Positions 24,383 through 36,082 of a stretch of DNA of 64,000 nucleotides are shown here, piece after piece. The notes under the pieces were generated by a model, which saw only the letters and a list, made by a program, of their open reading frames with translations, had not been told where the DNA came from and made no database searches. The position numbers and the translations under genes were made by a program. This stretch comes from Chiloscyllium plagiosum (taxonomy: Eukaryota): assembly GCF_004010195.1 (NCBI RefSeq), contig NC_057718.1, positions 99,491,273 through 99,555,272 on the forward strand. Reading direction: 5' to 3'. Each line of letters opens with the position of its first letter. Positions within the stretch are counted from its first letter, which is position 1.

Positions 24383-25560
24383 ATGAACATGAAATTAAAA
24401 TCTAGTCACAGTAATGGTGACCATGAAACAATCATTGACTGTCATAAAAAAAACAAACGGGTTCGCTAATCCTCTTTAGGGAAGGAATTCCAATGGGGAG
24501 GCAATGGCTTAGTGGTGTTACAGCTGGACTGTTAACCCAGAGACTCAGGTAATGTTCGGCTGGCCTGGGTTTGAATCCTGCCATGGAAAACTTGAGTTTA
24601 ATACAAAATGGAATTAAGCATCTAATGATGACCATGAATCCATTGCTAATTGTCCCCATCTGGTTCACTAGCATCCTTCAGGAAAGAATCTGCCATCCTT
24701 ACCTGGTCTGGCCTATTTGTGGTAATGCCCTTTGTCGAGAAGGTCACTGCTTGTCACTGGCCACTTGGGTGTTTCCTTTCTTCCTGGTGGTGGAATATAA
24801 ATAAAGATTTACACACTTGTTGTCCTTCACTGTGTCTCACACCCGCACACACAATATGGGTGCGAGGGAAAATATAAGCACTACTGCAGTTAGGAGAGGG
24901 TTTAGACGAGGTTTAACAGGTTGCTGATGGGTATGGAAGGTTTGAGTTACATGAAGAGACTGGATAGGCTGGGACTATTAGGCAGAAGTGTGGGGGGAAG
25001 TAAAACAGATAGAAAAATGAAAAAAAAAGGCTGACCTAGCCAGTGACACCGTCATCTCATAAATGGATAAAGAAAGAAAATCTGCTATCCTTACCTGGTC
25101 TGGACTACATGTAACTCCAAACCCTCAGTAATGTGATTGGCTCTTAACGGGCCTCTGAAACGGCCTTCCCAGCCAATCAGTCCATGGGAAATTAGGGGCT
25201 GGTCTTGCTTGTTCTGCTCACACCCAATCAAAATAAAACAGATCTAACATTTATTTTCACCGTTTCACCAAGACGGCTGTAGTGTTTACTTTGTCAAAGG
25301 GGTCACTGGACTGAATGGTTAACTCTGCTTTCTCTCTCCACAGCTGCTGCCAGAGCCGTTGAGTTTCTCCAGCACTTTCAGTTTCAGTGTTTAGTCACTC
25401 CATTCGGTGACTCTGAGCAGCCAATGGGGCGAGAGAATACGACCTTGTGGTTGTCAGCCACGGGGTCAAAGGGAACACAAAGAAGCTGCATTTAGGCAGC
25501 AACTCTTCCCGCTGCCATGGGGAATTTAAGAACCCATTGAGGTATGCTGAAAAGCATGTT

Positions 25561-25880
25561 GGGAAGGCACTGGCCTAGTGGTATTGTCACTAGATGGTTA
25601 ATTCAGAGACCCAGGTAAGGTCCTGGGATCTTGGGTTTAAATCCTGCCATGGCACATGGTGGAATTTGAATTCAATAAATATCTGGAATTAAATGATGAC
25701 CAGAAATCTATTGTTTGGGGGCAAACCAATTTGGTTCACTAATGTCCTTTAGTAGCTGCCACCTTACTTGTTCTGGACTACATGTGACTCAGGTCCCACA
25801 GCAATGCAGTTGACTCTCAACTGCCCTCTGGGATGGACAATAAATGCTGGCCCAGCCAGCAATGCTCTCATCCCTTGAAT
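25561..25880 (+). mobile_element. Second tRNA-derived SINE family
   Basis: Same head and tail as 22634-22950. Confidence 0.8.
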
Positions 25881-26220
25881 TAAAATAGAGTACAGTCTCA
25901 CTGTAATGTAGCTCTCAGTGCGGGCGGAAGGGGAGGTGAAAGTGATAATAGCCCAACTGAGAGACAGTAAGGACTGTTGATGCTGGAAGTCAGAGTCAAT
26001 AGATGTGGAGCAGGAAATTCGGCCCAAAACATTGACTTTCCCGTTTCTCGCTTGCTGTCTGACCTGCTCTGTTCTTCCAGCTTTCCAGAAATCAAACCCG
26101 GGTCCCTGGTGCTGTGAGGCAGCAGTGCTAACCACTGAGCCACCGTGCCGTCTAAGCTAATCAAATGTACTAGGTAAAAACAATGACTGCAGTCAGGCAG
26201 CACCGAGGAGCAGCAAAATC

Positions 26221-26248
26221 GACGTTTCGGGCAAAAGCCCTTCATCAG
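26221..26248 (-). ncRNA. Minimal hammerhead ribozyme core (intact)
   Basis: Reverse complement reads CTGATGA-A-GGGC TTTT GCCC-GAAACGTC. Confidence 0.78.
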
Positions 26249-26263
26249 GAATAAGGAATATTC

Positions 26264-26291
26264 CTGATGAAGGGCTTTTGCCCGAAACGTC
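26264..26291 (+). ncRNA. Minimal hammerhead ribozyme core (intact)
   Basis: CTGATGA-A-GGGC TTTT GCCC-GAAACGTC. Confidence 0.78.
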
Positions 26292-27554
26292 GATTTTGCT
26301 GCTCCTCGGATGCTGCCTAATCAAATGTACTGTCAACTGGAACAAGAGGTTGCATATACAGCCAGGAGATATAGAGGGATTCGAGCAATAAAGTGGTTTC
26401 AGCAGGATTGCGCAAAATCAGCATTGTTTTGATTGGGCTTTGCAAAAACATGTTGTTTCCTATGGTCAAAAGGTTGGTAACTTGGGAGCAAAGATTTAAA
26501 ATAATTAATAAAAGCATGACAGGGAAATTTGAGGCAGTGGCAAGTTGTGTTCTAGAATAAGACCATCAAAAGTAGGAACAGAGGTGGTACACTCAGCCCC
26601 TGCTATGTCACTCAATTGGATCATGGCGGACCCAACATTCCTCACATCCAGTTTCCTGCTTTTCCCTGTAACCCTTGATTCCCCGATCAATTGAGAATCC
26701 ATCGATCTCACAGTATACACAAAGCCCCCAGAGCTCCCGGAACAGACCCCAATGAAAGGCAGGTTCAACATTAACTTTCAAAACGAAATTGAAATGGAAA
26801 GAGTTACGAGGCAAAGGGTGACGTGGAAGTTGATTGGACAGCACAGGACAGTACAGGACAGTACAGGCATGATGGGCCAAATGGCATCTATATTGTTCTG
26901 TGATTTGCAAGAATTGAGAAGTGGTTCTGGGACATAGCAGCAGAAGTAATTCTGATTACCTCAGACAAAACAATCGCAGAGTAGAGGGAGATCAGAAAGG
27001 TTAAGAGGCTTTGTGATGGCAGATTGGAGTTCAACTTGAGCAGAAATATAAACAGCTTTTATACTGCCTTTCAAATTAAAGATATCACAGAACTTCGTGC
27101 AAACAAACAAACATTTTGTGCTCAAAGGAGAGGGGACCTCAGCTAGGTTTAATACGCTTTTGACCTCAGAGATTTGTAAAACTGGGGCTGCAGGAAACCT
27201 GAGGGGATGAGAGCCTTTCCTGAATATAAACTTTCAAAATAACACTTCATCTAAAATGTGAGCGCGACCACAGGTGGAGAGCCCAACATCGCTAGAACCT
27301 GGAAAAACGTCGAGGAAGTGCAGGAGGCGGTCAATATAATCCTTCATGGATATTTAGAAAGAGGAATTAGAGCGAGGGGCCTGAGGAATAAACACTGCAT
27401 TGTTGTTCAAATGTGGGGGAGGCAGATAGGAAACTGAAGACCTTTGCTCAGCTGGGTATACGCTTGGGGCAGGCGAGTGGTAAAGTGGACGGGTACAAAC
27501 CTGGTGAGCCCAGGCCTTGTTCCCAACATTGTGATGGGGCAAGGGGTGTGTGTT

Positions 27555-27770
27555 GTCACCATAGTCTTACCAAACCATAGGAGCTGCTCTCTCATTAGGG
27601 AGAAGCAACTGGTGGCGATTTAACCTGAGGGCCACCAGACCTCAGACAAGAGTAGATGTTGAGAAGGAGAGCCCTTCATGGTAACCTCAAACAAGTGATG
27701 TGAATTGAACCCACACTGATTGGTATTACACTGCACTGCAAACTAATGATCCAGCCAACCGAGCTAAACT
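27555..27770 (-). mobile_element. Third tRNA-derived SINE family
   Basis: Homologous to 15030-15242. Confidence 0.65.
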
Positions 27771-28339
27771 GATTCCCAGTGATGGATGACCAGTCCAGGT
27801 GAGTGAACTGATTTTAACTGGCCTTCCAAACAGGCCACCTGGCACTTTCCTCACCAGCCCGAGAGTTTCTCACCTCACCTCCAGGACTGGGGAAGAGGCC
27901 AGGAGCTAGAAGAGGCCAGCCAAGTGTAGACCAAGCCCAGGAGGGATGAGTGTGGGGGAGGAGGTGTGTGGGGGGGGGGAGGGGACAATGCCTGAAGGCC
28001 ATTCCAGCTGATCAGGGTGACTACCGCTTCTGTACACATGAAAGGTCTGCAGGAGATGTTGTGCGTGCTGATTTTCAATTGGTAAGGTGACACTCAAAAG
28101 GCCATTTACAAAAAAAAAGGAGGGAAACTCAGGTTACAGTGTGAAATGGAGCTGCACGGATCCCCTCATCTGTGTGAAAAGTATAAAGCAACAACTAGGC
28201 CTCTGTTGTACGAGACCAGACTGGCCTGGACCTTTAAGACAGTCACAGTCTGGTCAGCGCGTGACAGTCACCATTCCCCCCACTCCCCTCCCCCACTTAT
28301 AGTCACTTCACAACATAGGCATCTTGAAATAGGAAGAGG

Positions 28340-28592
28340 GCAGCCTCTTGTGGTGCAGTGGTAGTGTCCCTACCCCTAGACCAAGAGACCTGTGTTCAAG
28401 TCCCATCTACTCCAGTGGTGTGTAACAACATCTCAAACAGGTTGATTAGAAAAATAGGTCAGTTAAAAAATATATCAAAGCTGGAGAGGTTCTTTGGTGT
28501 CGCTACTTCTGAACCAGGAGTTTTAGGTTCAAGTCCCACCTGCACCAGAGGTGTGCAATAATATCTCTGACACTGGTTGATTAGAAAATATT
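28340..28592 (+). mobile_element. Tandem pair of short tRNA-like SINE units
   Basis: TGGTGCAGTGG A-box and GTTCAAGTCC B-box, each unit ending GGTTGATTAGAAAA. Confidence 0.65.
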
Positions 28593-29375
28593 GATAGGAA
28601 CAGGATCAGGCCATTAAGCCTGTACTGACATTCAATGAGATGTACCTGCCCATATCCCTCAATATGTTTGTTTAACAAAAAAAAGTTATCTCAGATTTAA
28701 ATCTAACAAATAATCCAGCACTCACTCCACTTGTGGAAGAGAGTTCCAAACCCTTTTTGTGTAGAAGTCCTCCCTAACATCTCTCCTGAATGGTCTGGCC
28801 CTAATTCTCATCACCAAGCTGTAGAAATAATTTATCCTCCTCTAGCCTGCCCTTTCCTGTTAATATCTTAAAGAATTCAATCTATGCTATGTGTAATGGA
28901 GTCAGTGTGGTGTCTTTGGGTGTTTGTAGTGTACAGTTACATTGCCAGACTCGATGGGCCGAGTGGCCTAATTCTACTTGTCTATTTTAGGATTTTATTT
29001 TGCCTTTTTTGTTGGGAATAGGGATTATAGAGACTACCAATCAGTGCTACATTCCCATAGCAACCTGTTAACCAATTAAGCCAAATCACATTGAAGAAAC
29101 GTGTGTTATAGCATAACAGGCTGTAGTAGAAACACAAAGAAATACGTAATAGTTTACATTAAAATCTTTTGTAAGAAAATAAAGAAATAAGTTAAAAGTT
29201 CAACAATCTTTGATGAGTCCTCCACTTACCTCGCTCTCAGGGAGACCTCAGCTGTCTGTTCTCTACACTGCTGCAGATACCATCACTGCTGCTAAAACTG
29301 CCACCCCTCTGATCTACCCCGGTGACTCAGGAACATGCCCCGGCAGGATCCATTCACACGCCAAGCCGAGACACT

Positions 29376-29805
29376 CCTGTGAGCCTCTGAGAGACCAGGC
29401 CGGGACCCACCACGAGCTGCCAAGAGACCAGGCCAGATTCCACTACGAGCCACTGAGAGACCAGGCCGGGACCCATTACGGGCCTCCAAGAGATAAGGCC
29501 GGGACCCACTATGAGCCACCGAGAGACCAGGCCGGGACCCACTACGAGCCACCGAGAGACCTGGCCGGGACCCACTGCGAGCCACCGAGAGACCAGGCCG
29601 GGACCCACCACGAGCCACCGAGAGACCTGGCCAGGACCCACTATGAGCCACCGAGAGACAAGGCCCGGACCCGCCACGAGCCTCCGAGAGACTAGGCCGG
29701 GACCCACTATGAGCCACCAAGAGACAAGGCCAGGACCTACCACGAACCACTGAGATACCAGGCCAGGGCCTACCATGAGCCTCTGAGAGACCAGGCCGGG
29801 ACCCA
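29376..29805. repeat. 33 bp minisatellite, ~13 copies
   Basis: Unit CACTACGAGCCACCGAGAGACCAGGCCGGGACC. Confidence 0.97.
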
Positions 29806-30645
29806 TTGAGAAGCAAAAATGGGAAGGAAAGAGAAAAAACGAGAGGGAAACAGAAGGAAACATGAATTATCTACATCCTAATTACATCGCTGGGTCCACT
29901 TGAAGCTATTAAAGGTTTATCTTCAATAAAATAAGTAACAAGCCCTCGGGAAATTGGTGTCTTCTCTATACAACATTAGATTATATTGCTAAACTTATCA
30001 AGTGGATCAAATCAATCCCTTTGTTTAACTTGAGAGGTCACTTGGCACAATACTTAGCCCCTCGTGAATTATTGTCTTAATCAAAGCGATCACTCATACC
30101 CCACAGATACCTCTGTGTTCTGAAACATTTGCACCTTCCCCCTCAATGTGCGGTTGAAGGCATCGTAGAAACTGAGGTGATTAGATCTCCAAATGGAACA
30201 CAATGAGGAAAAGGATAAAAAGCCTCTCAGCCAGTGTGCGGGAATATTTGAGGCCATAAAAAGTGAATAATTGGGAAAGCCAAGTATTGCGGATGCTGGC
30301 AATCAAAACAAAATCATCGGCTCAGTGGGGAGTGTCCCATCACACGGTTGCCTTGTAGTTGGAGGACACGCTTTGAGGAGTCAGGAGGTGAGTCATTCAC
30401 CAATGAATACCCTGCCTCTGACCTACACCCAAAGTCATTGTATTCATGTGGCTTTCCCAGTTAAGATTCTGAGCATTGATAACCTCCTGTGGTGTTGATG
30501 CTGAGACATTTTGCGTCATTAATGCTTCCCTTATTCTCCAAGGTAAGGAGACCTTTAGAACCCTTGGACCAATATGTTATCAGGTCGATAGAAGATTTTG
30601 CTGACATTTTTAGTCAGCCTGTATCATTATGTTATGACACATCTT

Positions 30646-31040
30646 AGAGTCATAGAGTCATCGAGATGTACACATGGAAAGAGACCCTTCGGTCCAACCT
30701 GTCCATGCTGACCAGATATTCTAAATTAGTCTTATCCTATTTGCCAGCATTTGGCCCATATCCTTCCAAACCCTTCCTATTCATATACCCATCTAGATGC
30801 CTTTTAAATGTTGTAATTGTACCAACCTCCACCACATCCTCATTCCATACATGCACCACCTTCTGTGTGAAAACGTTGCCCCTTTGATCGCTTTTAAATC
30901 GTTCCCCTCTCACCTTAAACCTAGTTAAGGACTCCGCTACTTTGGGGAAAAGACCTCAAGTAGTCATCCTATCCACGCCCCTTATGGTTTTATAAACCTC
31001 TATGAAGTTACTCTTCAGTCTCCACTGCTCCAGGGGAAAT
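30646..31040 (-). mobile_element. CR1/HER1 3' fragment
   Basis: (TAGAGTCA)n tail and standard 3' end. Confidence 0.88.
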
Positions 31041-32226
31041 GGACCTGCACCCAAACCATCTAGCCCTGAGATAGGGACACTCCCATCATAGCACAAACGT
31101 CCCCTCTCCAGCCGCTGAAATTCTGAGCCTAGAATCTTCTGGGAATGGATATATTTCACAGCTTTAAGCCAATCATTGCATCTCACCTTCAAATGGTGCC
31201 TGGTTTGTGTTTTGGGGATATGAAGGAAAGAATTAAGGGTGAAAAAGGTTATGTGAATCACGCAGTTGTACCATCAATGCATCATTTACTTTTTCATTCA
31301 TATAGCACCTTGAGGGAATATTTATTCACCCAAATTCCCTGTGAGGAGGGTCCGCAAAGGGCTGCAAACGTTTGGCGGAAGCCTGGTTTATGAATTCAAA
31401 CGTTCAATGTGGTTCAATGGTAGTTGCACTATCTCTGAGACAGGAGGCCTAGATTCACCATACCACCTCTGAACAGGCTTGATTAGTACATCATCACAGT
31501 CAGAACCACACAGAAAGAGGCCATTTGGCCCATTAATTCTGTGCCAGGTTTCCAGTGTTTAAAATAGAAAGAGAACAAAGTAAGTAAATGGCATCACAAT
31601 GACCTCCGTGACTATTTGCTGTTTATTTAGAAACACATTTCAGTACTTGCAAATCATTGATTGACATGGAGGCCTTATTATCAATACTGCTCAATCACCT
31701 TCCACACGCCCTGTTCCCTCATAACCCTGTATATTTTCCCCCTTCAAACCTTTACCCAATTTCCTTTTGAAAATTATTGTTGAATTGGGATGTCTATTCC
31801 AGAACGCAACTTGCTGCCTCAAGATTTCCTCATCTTGCCTAGTGCTATTTTGCCAATTATTTCAAATCTTTGCCCTCTAACAACTTGACTACAGGAAACA
31901 AATCCTTCTCACTTACTCCATCTAACACATCCTGAGATTGCAAAAGACCATGAACAACCTGATGTACTGATTGATTACTGACCTTTCGATATTAGTCAGT
32001 CATGTGTTTCTGGTGCATTGTGTCCAAGTGTCTTTGAGGTAGATCCGTTCCCACATATTAATTACTTATCGTTTACCTATTAACTCTGATCACAAGTCGG
32101 TGGACAATGTTGTGCTGACTTTGGTCTTTCTGATCCAATAGCAAATGGATAGATTGTAGGCAAATACACTTGCATGAGCTTAGTTGATTTCTTTTCGATG
32201 TTTAATATAACTCAACCATCCAATTT

Positions 32227-32600
32227 ATAGAGTCATAGAGATGTACAGCATGGAAACAGACCCTTTGGTCCAATCAGTCCATACCGACCAGATATTCCAA
32301 CCCAATCTAGTCCCACCTGCCAGCACCCAGCCCATATCCCTCCAAACCCTTCCTATTCATATACCCATCAAGATGCCTTTTAAATGTTGCAATTGTACCA
32401 GCCTCCACCACTTCCTCATTCCATACACGTACTACCCTCTGGGTGAAATAGTTGCCCCTTAGGTCCCTTCCATATCTTTCCCCTCTCACCCTAAAACTAT
32501 GTCCTCTAGTTCTGGACTCCCCCACCCCAGGGAAAAGACCTTGTCTATTTACCCTATCCTTGCCCCTCATGATTTTGTAAACCTCTATCGGGTCACCCTT
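32227..32600 (-). mobile_element. CR1/HER1 3' fragment
   Basis: SRTRGHSFRVRGERY..FTQRVVRVWN peptide on the minus strand. Confidence 0.9.
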
Positions 32601-33357
32601 ACTGAAAAGTTGATGTCAATCCTGGCCTCCTGCTTTGAAACAGTGATTTCCTTCCTGACACTACCCAGCTAGTGCTAGGTTCTGGCATTTCCACCGAGCC
32701 CCACATTAATGAAAAGTGGATCTGCTCAGAGCTTTACTTTTCAAACTGCACTTGGATAGTTCTTGATCAAAGTAGCACCACATAACAACCCCAAGGTGTG
32801 CTGGTGATGCTTGTAACTGTTATTGGGAGTGAATGAAGTCAACTGTAGGAACTCAGTAGGGAAGTTTGTAAAAGGATGAAATGATAGTTTTATAATATCG
32901 TCAGTCCATCCAAGCAGTAACAAGCCATTCGGCCTAACAATTCTGTTCTTCCATTCAATGAGATCATGACTCATCAGATAAATCTCAATGTCACCTTTGC
33001 TGTCTTTTCCTTGTGATTCCATCATTGATTAAACATCTGTCTGTCTCAATCTTGAATGTACTGAAGAATCCAGGATTGCCAGGCCTATATGGTGAAGAGT
33101 GCCCCTTTGAAAGAAGAAATTTCTCCCCAAATTCATTTTAAACGGGCATCTTCTTCCCCTAAAGTAACAGCCCCTGGTCCGAGACTCTCTCACAAGGAGA
33201 ACCAACATCACGTAATCTACCCTGCCAGTTCCCCCCGGGAATCGTGTATGCTTTAATAAGGCCACCTCCCATTCTTCAAAATTCCAATGAATTCAGGCCT
33301 CATCGACTCAACCTCTTCTCTTCAGACAGTCCCCTCTATACCTGGAATCAGCTGAGT

Positions 33358-33450
33358 AACGTCGAAAAGTGTGGCGCTGGAAAAGCACAGCAGGTCAGGC
33401 AGCATCCGAGGAGCAGGAGTGTCAACATTTCAGGCATAAGCCCTTCATCA
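33358..33450 (-). mobile_element. Short PLE-end insertion inside an older CR1 (~32915-33580)
   Basis: 11 bp duplication ATCAGCTGAGT (33347-33357 and 33447-33457); decayed hammerhead core. Confidence 0.75.
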
Positions 33451-35110
33451 GCTGAGTGAGCCCTCTCTGGACTGCTTCCAATGCCAGTATGTCTTTCCTT
33501 AGATCAGAGGACTGAAACTATTCACAGTATTCCACCTTCCGTCTCACCGGTACTTTGTACAGTTTTAGCAAAACCTCTCTATAGCTGAGAGATAGTTACT
33601 GGTGGGAGAAACATTCAGAGGAAGTTGTAATCAAATGTATAAAAACAGTCTCCTAACAGCAGTTTTGAAAACAAAATGTAATTTGGCTCATTCCTGTGAT
33701 GGGATTGTCCTGTGTGGGCAGCTTGGGGTTGTGTCCATCAGTATGAGAGGTGATCTTAGAACATCAAACTTATAAATGCAGATTTTTTTTCTTTATTTCT
33801 CTTTGCTTTTGCTGCATTTGAATAAAAGTGAATGTGTTCAATTGTTTGGAGCTTATTTAATGTGTAATGGTTACACATTGGGCAACGAGAATATGTCATG
33901 CCACGCTGTGCATAGAGTCATAGAGTCATGGAGATGTACAGCATGGAAACAGACCCTTCGGTCCAACCTGTCCATGCCAACCAGATATCCTAACCCAATC
34001 TAGTCCCTCCTGCCAGCATGCAATTAGCCGAGAGGAGCACTATCTTCGACAGGACTGCGAGACGGTGCTTAGGCTAGGGCAGCTGGTGTAACCTGATCCT
34101 TGTAGACACAGTTATAATAACTGTTAATCAAAAAGGTGACAATATAAAATCGTAATTCCTTTAGGAAGGTGAGCTGTCTTTGCAATGAAATGTCACGTGT
34201 GCTACTTATCTGCCTCGAAATGCTATTTTTTTCAGTCCCCACTTCATGCACTGGCGGTGTTCAGTCTGGCGCCCGGCTGAGCTTTAGATACGGCACAGCA
34301 CCAGGAACCCTCAGCAGCGTTCCCTCTAATTTGCTTGCAGGTCTCTAAGGTCCCTGCATAGCAGTGAAGTCTTGAACCAGAAGTCAATACTGCGTTTGGT
34401 GCACCAACGCAATTGCCATGCGCAGAGCCTTGGAAACTAATGGGAAAATTAATTCTGAGAGGTCCTGACAATAGTGACCACTTCCACCATTAATGAGCAT
34501 ACAATTGGTGCAATGCTTACCCTTACATATGTGGTACACATTTAATAAGGTGAGCGCTGGAGAATTGTATGAGATCAGTCATAGAGTTCACAGAAAGAAA
34601 CTCTCCACGAAACACCAAAACTCTGACAGGGCTGGACAGCCTGAATGCAGGGATGATGTTTGCCCTGTGCAGGGGCTCTGAAACAAGGGGGTCCCAGTGG
34701 CAGGGTATGGGGTAGACCATTTCGGACAGACAGTTCTTCACTCAGGATGGTGAACCTTTAGACTTCTCTACCACACAAGGCAGTGGAGGCCAAATCACTG
34801 CACATGTTTGAGTCAGCAGTAGGTAGATTTCAAGAGACTAAAAGTTTCAAGGGATATAGGATGAACGTGTAAGTATCATGTTGAGATAGACGATCAGCCA
34901 TTGTCATGGTGAATGGCAAAGTAGACTCAATGGGCTGAATGGCCTGCTCCTGCTTCTATTTTTCTATTTCTGAATTCCCAAGAATTGATACTTAGCCATT
35001 TTTCAGTGAAATTCTGTCTATTTTAACCATTCACTGCTGAAAAATTACCTACTGGTAATACCTATAATGAGGGAGCAGTTTGATTAAAGCTGGTATAGAT
35101 TAAACAATCC

Positions 35111-35464
35111 TGGATGTAGGTTTGTTCGCTAAGCTGGAAGGTTCATTTTCAGACGTTTCATCACCCTACTAGGTAACATCTTCAGTGGGCCTCTGGGCAA
35201 AGCACTGTTGATAATTCCTGCTTTCTATTTATACGTTTGGGTTTCTTTGGGTTGGTGATGTTATTTCCTGTGGTGACATCATTTCCTATGGTGATGTCAT
35301 TTCCTGTTCTTTCTCTCAGGGGGTGGTAGATGGGGTCTAACTCGATGTGTTTGTTGATAGAGTTACCTAGTATGGTGGCGAAACGTCTGGAAATGAACCT
35401 TCCAGCTCAGCGAGCAAACCTACATCCAGAACCTCAACCTGAGCTACAAATCTTCTCAAAACTC
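35111..35464. mobile_element. Penelope-like element ends in inverted arrangement (minus ~35111-35362, plus ~35363-35464)
   Basis: 12 bp duplication ATTAAACAATCC (35099-35110 and 35465-35476); minus strand encodes NSINKHIELDPIYHPLR, typical of a PLE ORF end. Confidence 0.85.
35152..35185 (-). ncRNA. Minimal hammerhead ribozyme core
   Basis: Reverse complement reads CTGAAGA-T-GTTACC TAGTAG GGTGAT-GAAACGTC. Confidence 0.72.
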
Positions 35465-35919
35465 ATTAAACAATCCATACAGGCACAAATTACCACAGAC
35501 AGAGACACCAACTTACATGACAAGAAAGAGGATAACCTTATGGAAAGAATGCCAACTATGAGGTACCCTGTAGGGTGTAATTATCATTTTCTCCTATGCT
35601 GTCCATGCATTAGAGGTTTAATTGAGATTAAACAAGTCAGCTCTGCTAAGTTAACAATGTTTACCTGAACAGTTGCAGTAGAAATTTGTTTGACATTTTG
35701 AATTATATTCTGAATTATACTCAAAATGTGGAAACTATACAAGAAACATTAAAATTGAGGCCGTCTGTGGATGAATGACTGAATGAATGAATGCATTACC
35801 AGGTGTACATATATACCAGAAAGTCCTTGAGTAATTTGCCACATGGGCTGCACTTGGGATACTGCAGTTACCTTCATATTGTAAGCTTATACGTCAAGGT
35901 GAGCTCAATGCATTCTATG

Positions 35920-36066
35920 AGGCAAAAGTGAGGACTGCAGATGCTGGAAACCAGAGTTTAGGGCAAAAGCCCTTCATCAGGAATCATTTTGCCTGAAACG
36001 TTGATTTTCCTGCTCCTCAGATGCTGGCTGACCTGTTGTGCTTTTCCAGCACCACTCTGATCTAAA
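35920..36066. mobile_element. Internally deleted head-to-head PLE-end insertion
   Basis: 16 bp duplication CTCAATGCAT(T/G)CTATG at 35904-35919 and 36067-36082. Confidence 0.75.
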
Positions 36067-36082
36067 CTCAATGCATGCTATG

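Larger units (their letters stand above)
26172..26316. mobile_element. Palindromic mini-insertion of two PLE ends, each with an intact hammerhead core
   Basis: 15 bp duplication CTAATCAAATGTACT at 26157-26171 and 26317-26331; near-perfect inverted arms. Confidence 0.88.

Noticed and set aside
27262..27282. CTCF site (GACCACAGGTGGAGAG)
   Set aside because: Poor fit to the CCASYAGRKGGCRS core
29210..29863. Repetitive-protein gene or CRISPR-like array
   Set aside because: Head-to-tail 33 bp minisatellite with no unique spacers; ORFs arise from the stop-poor unit
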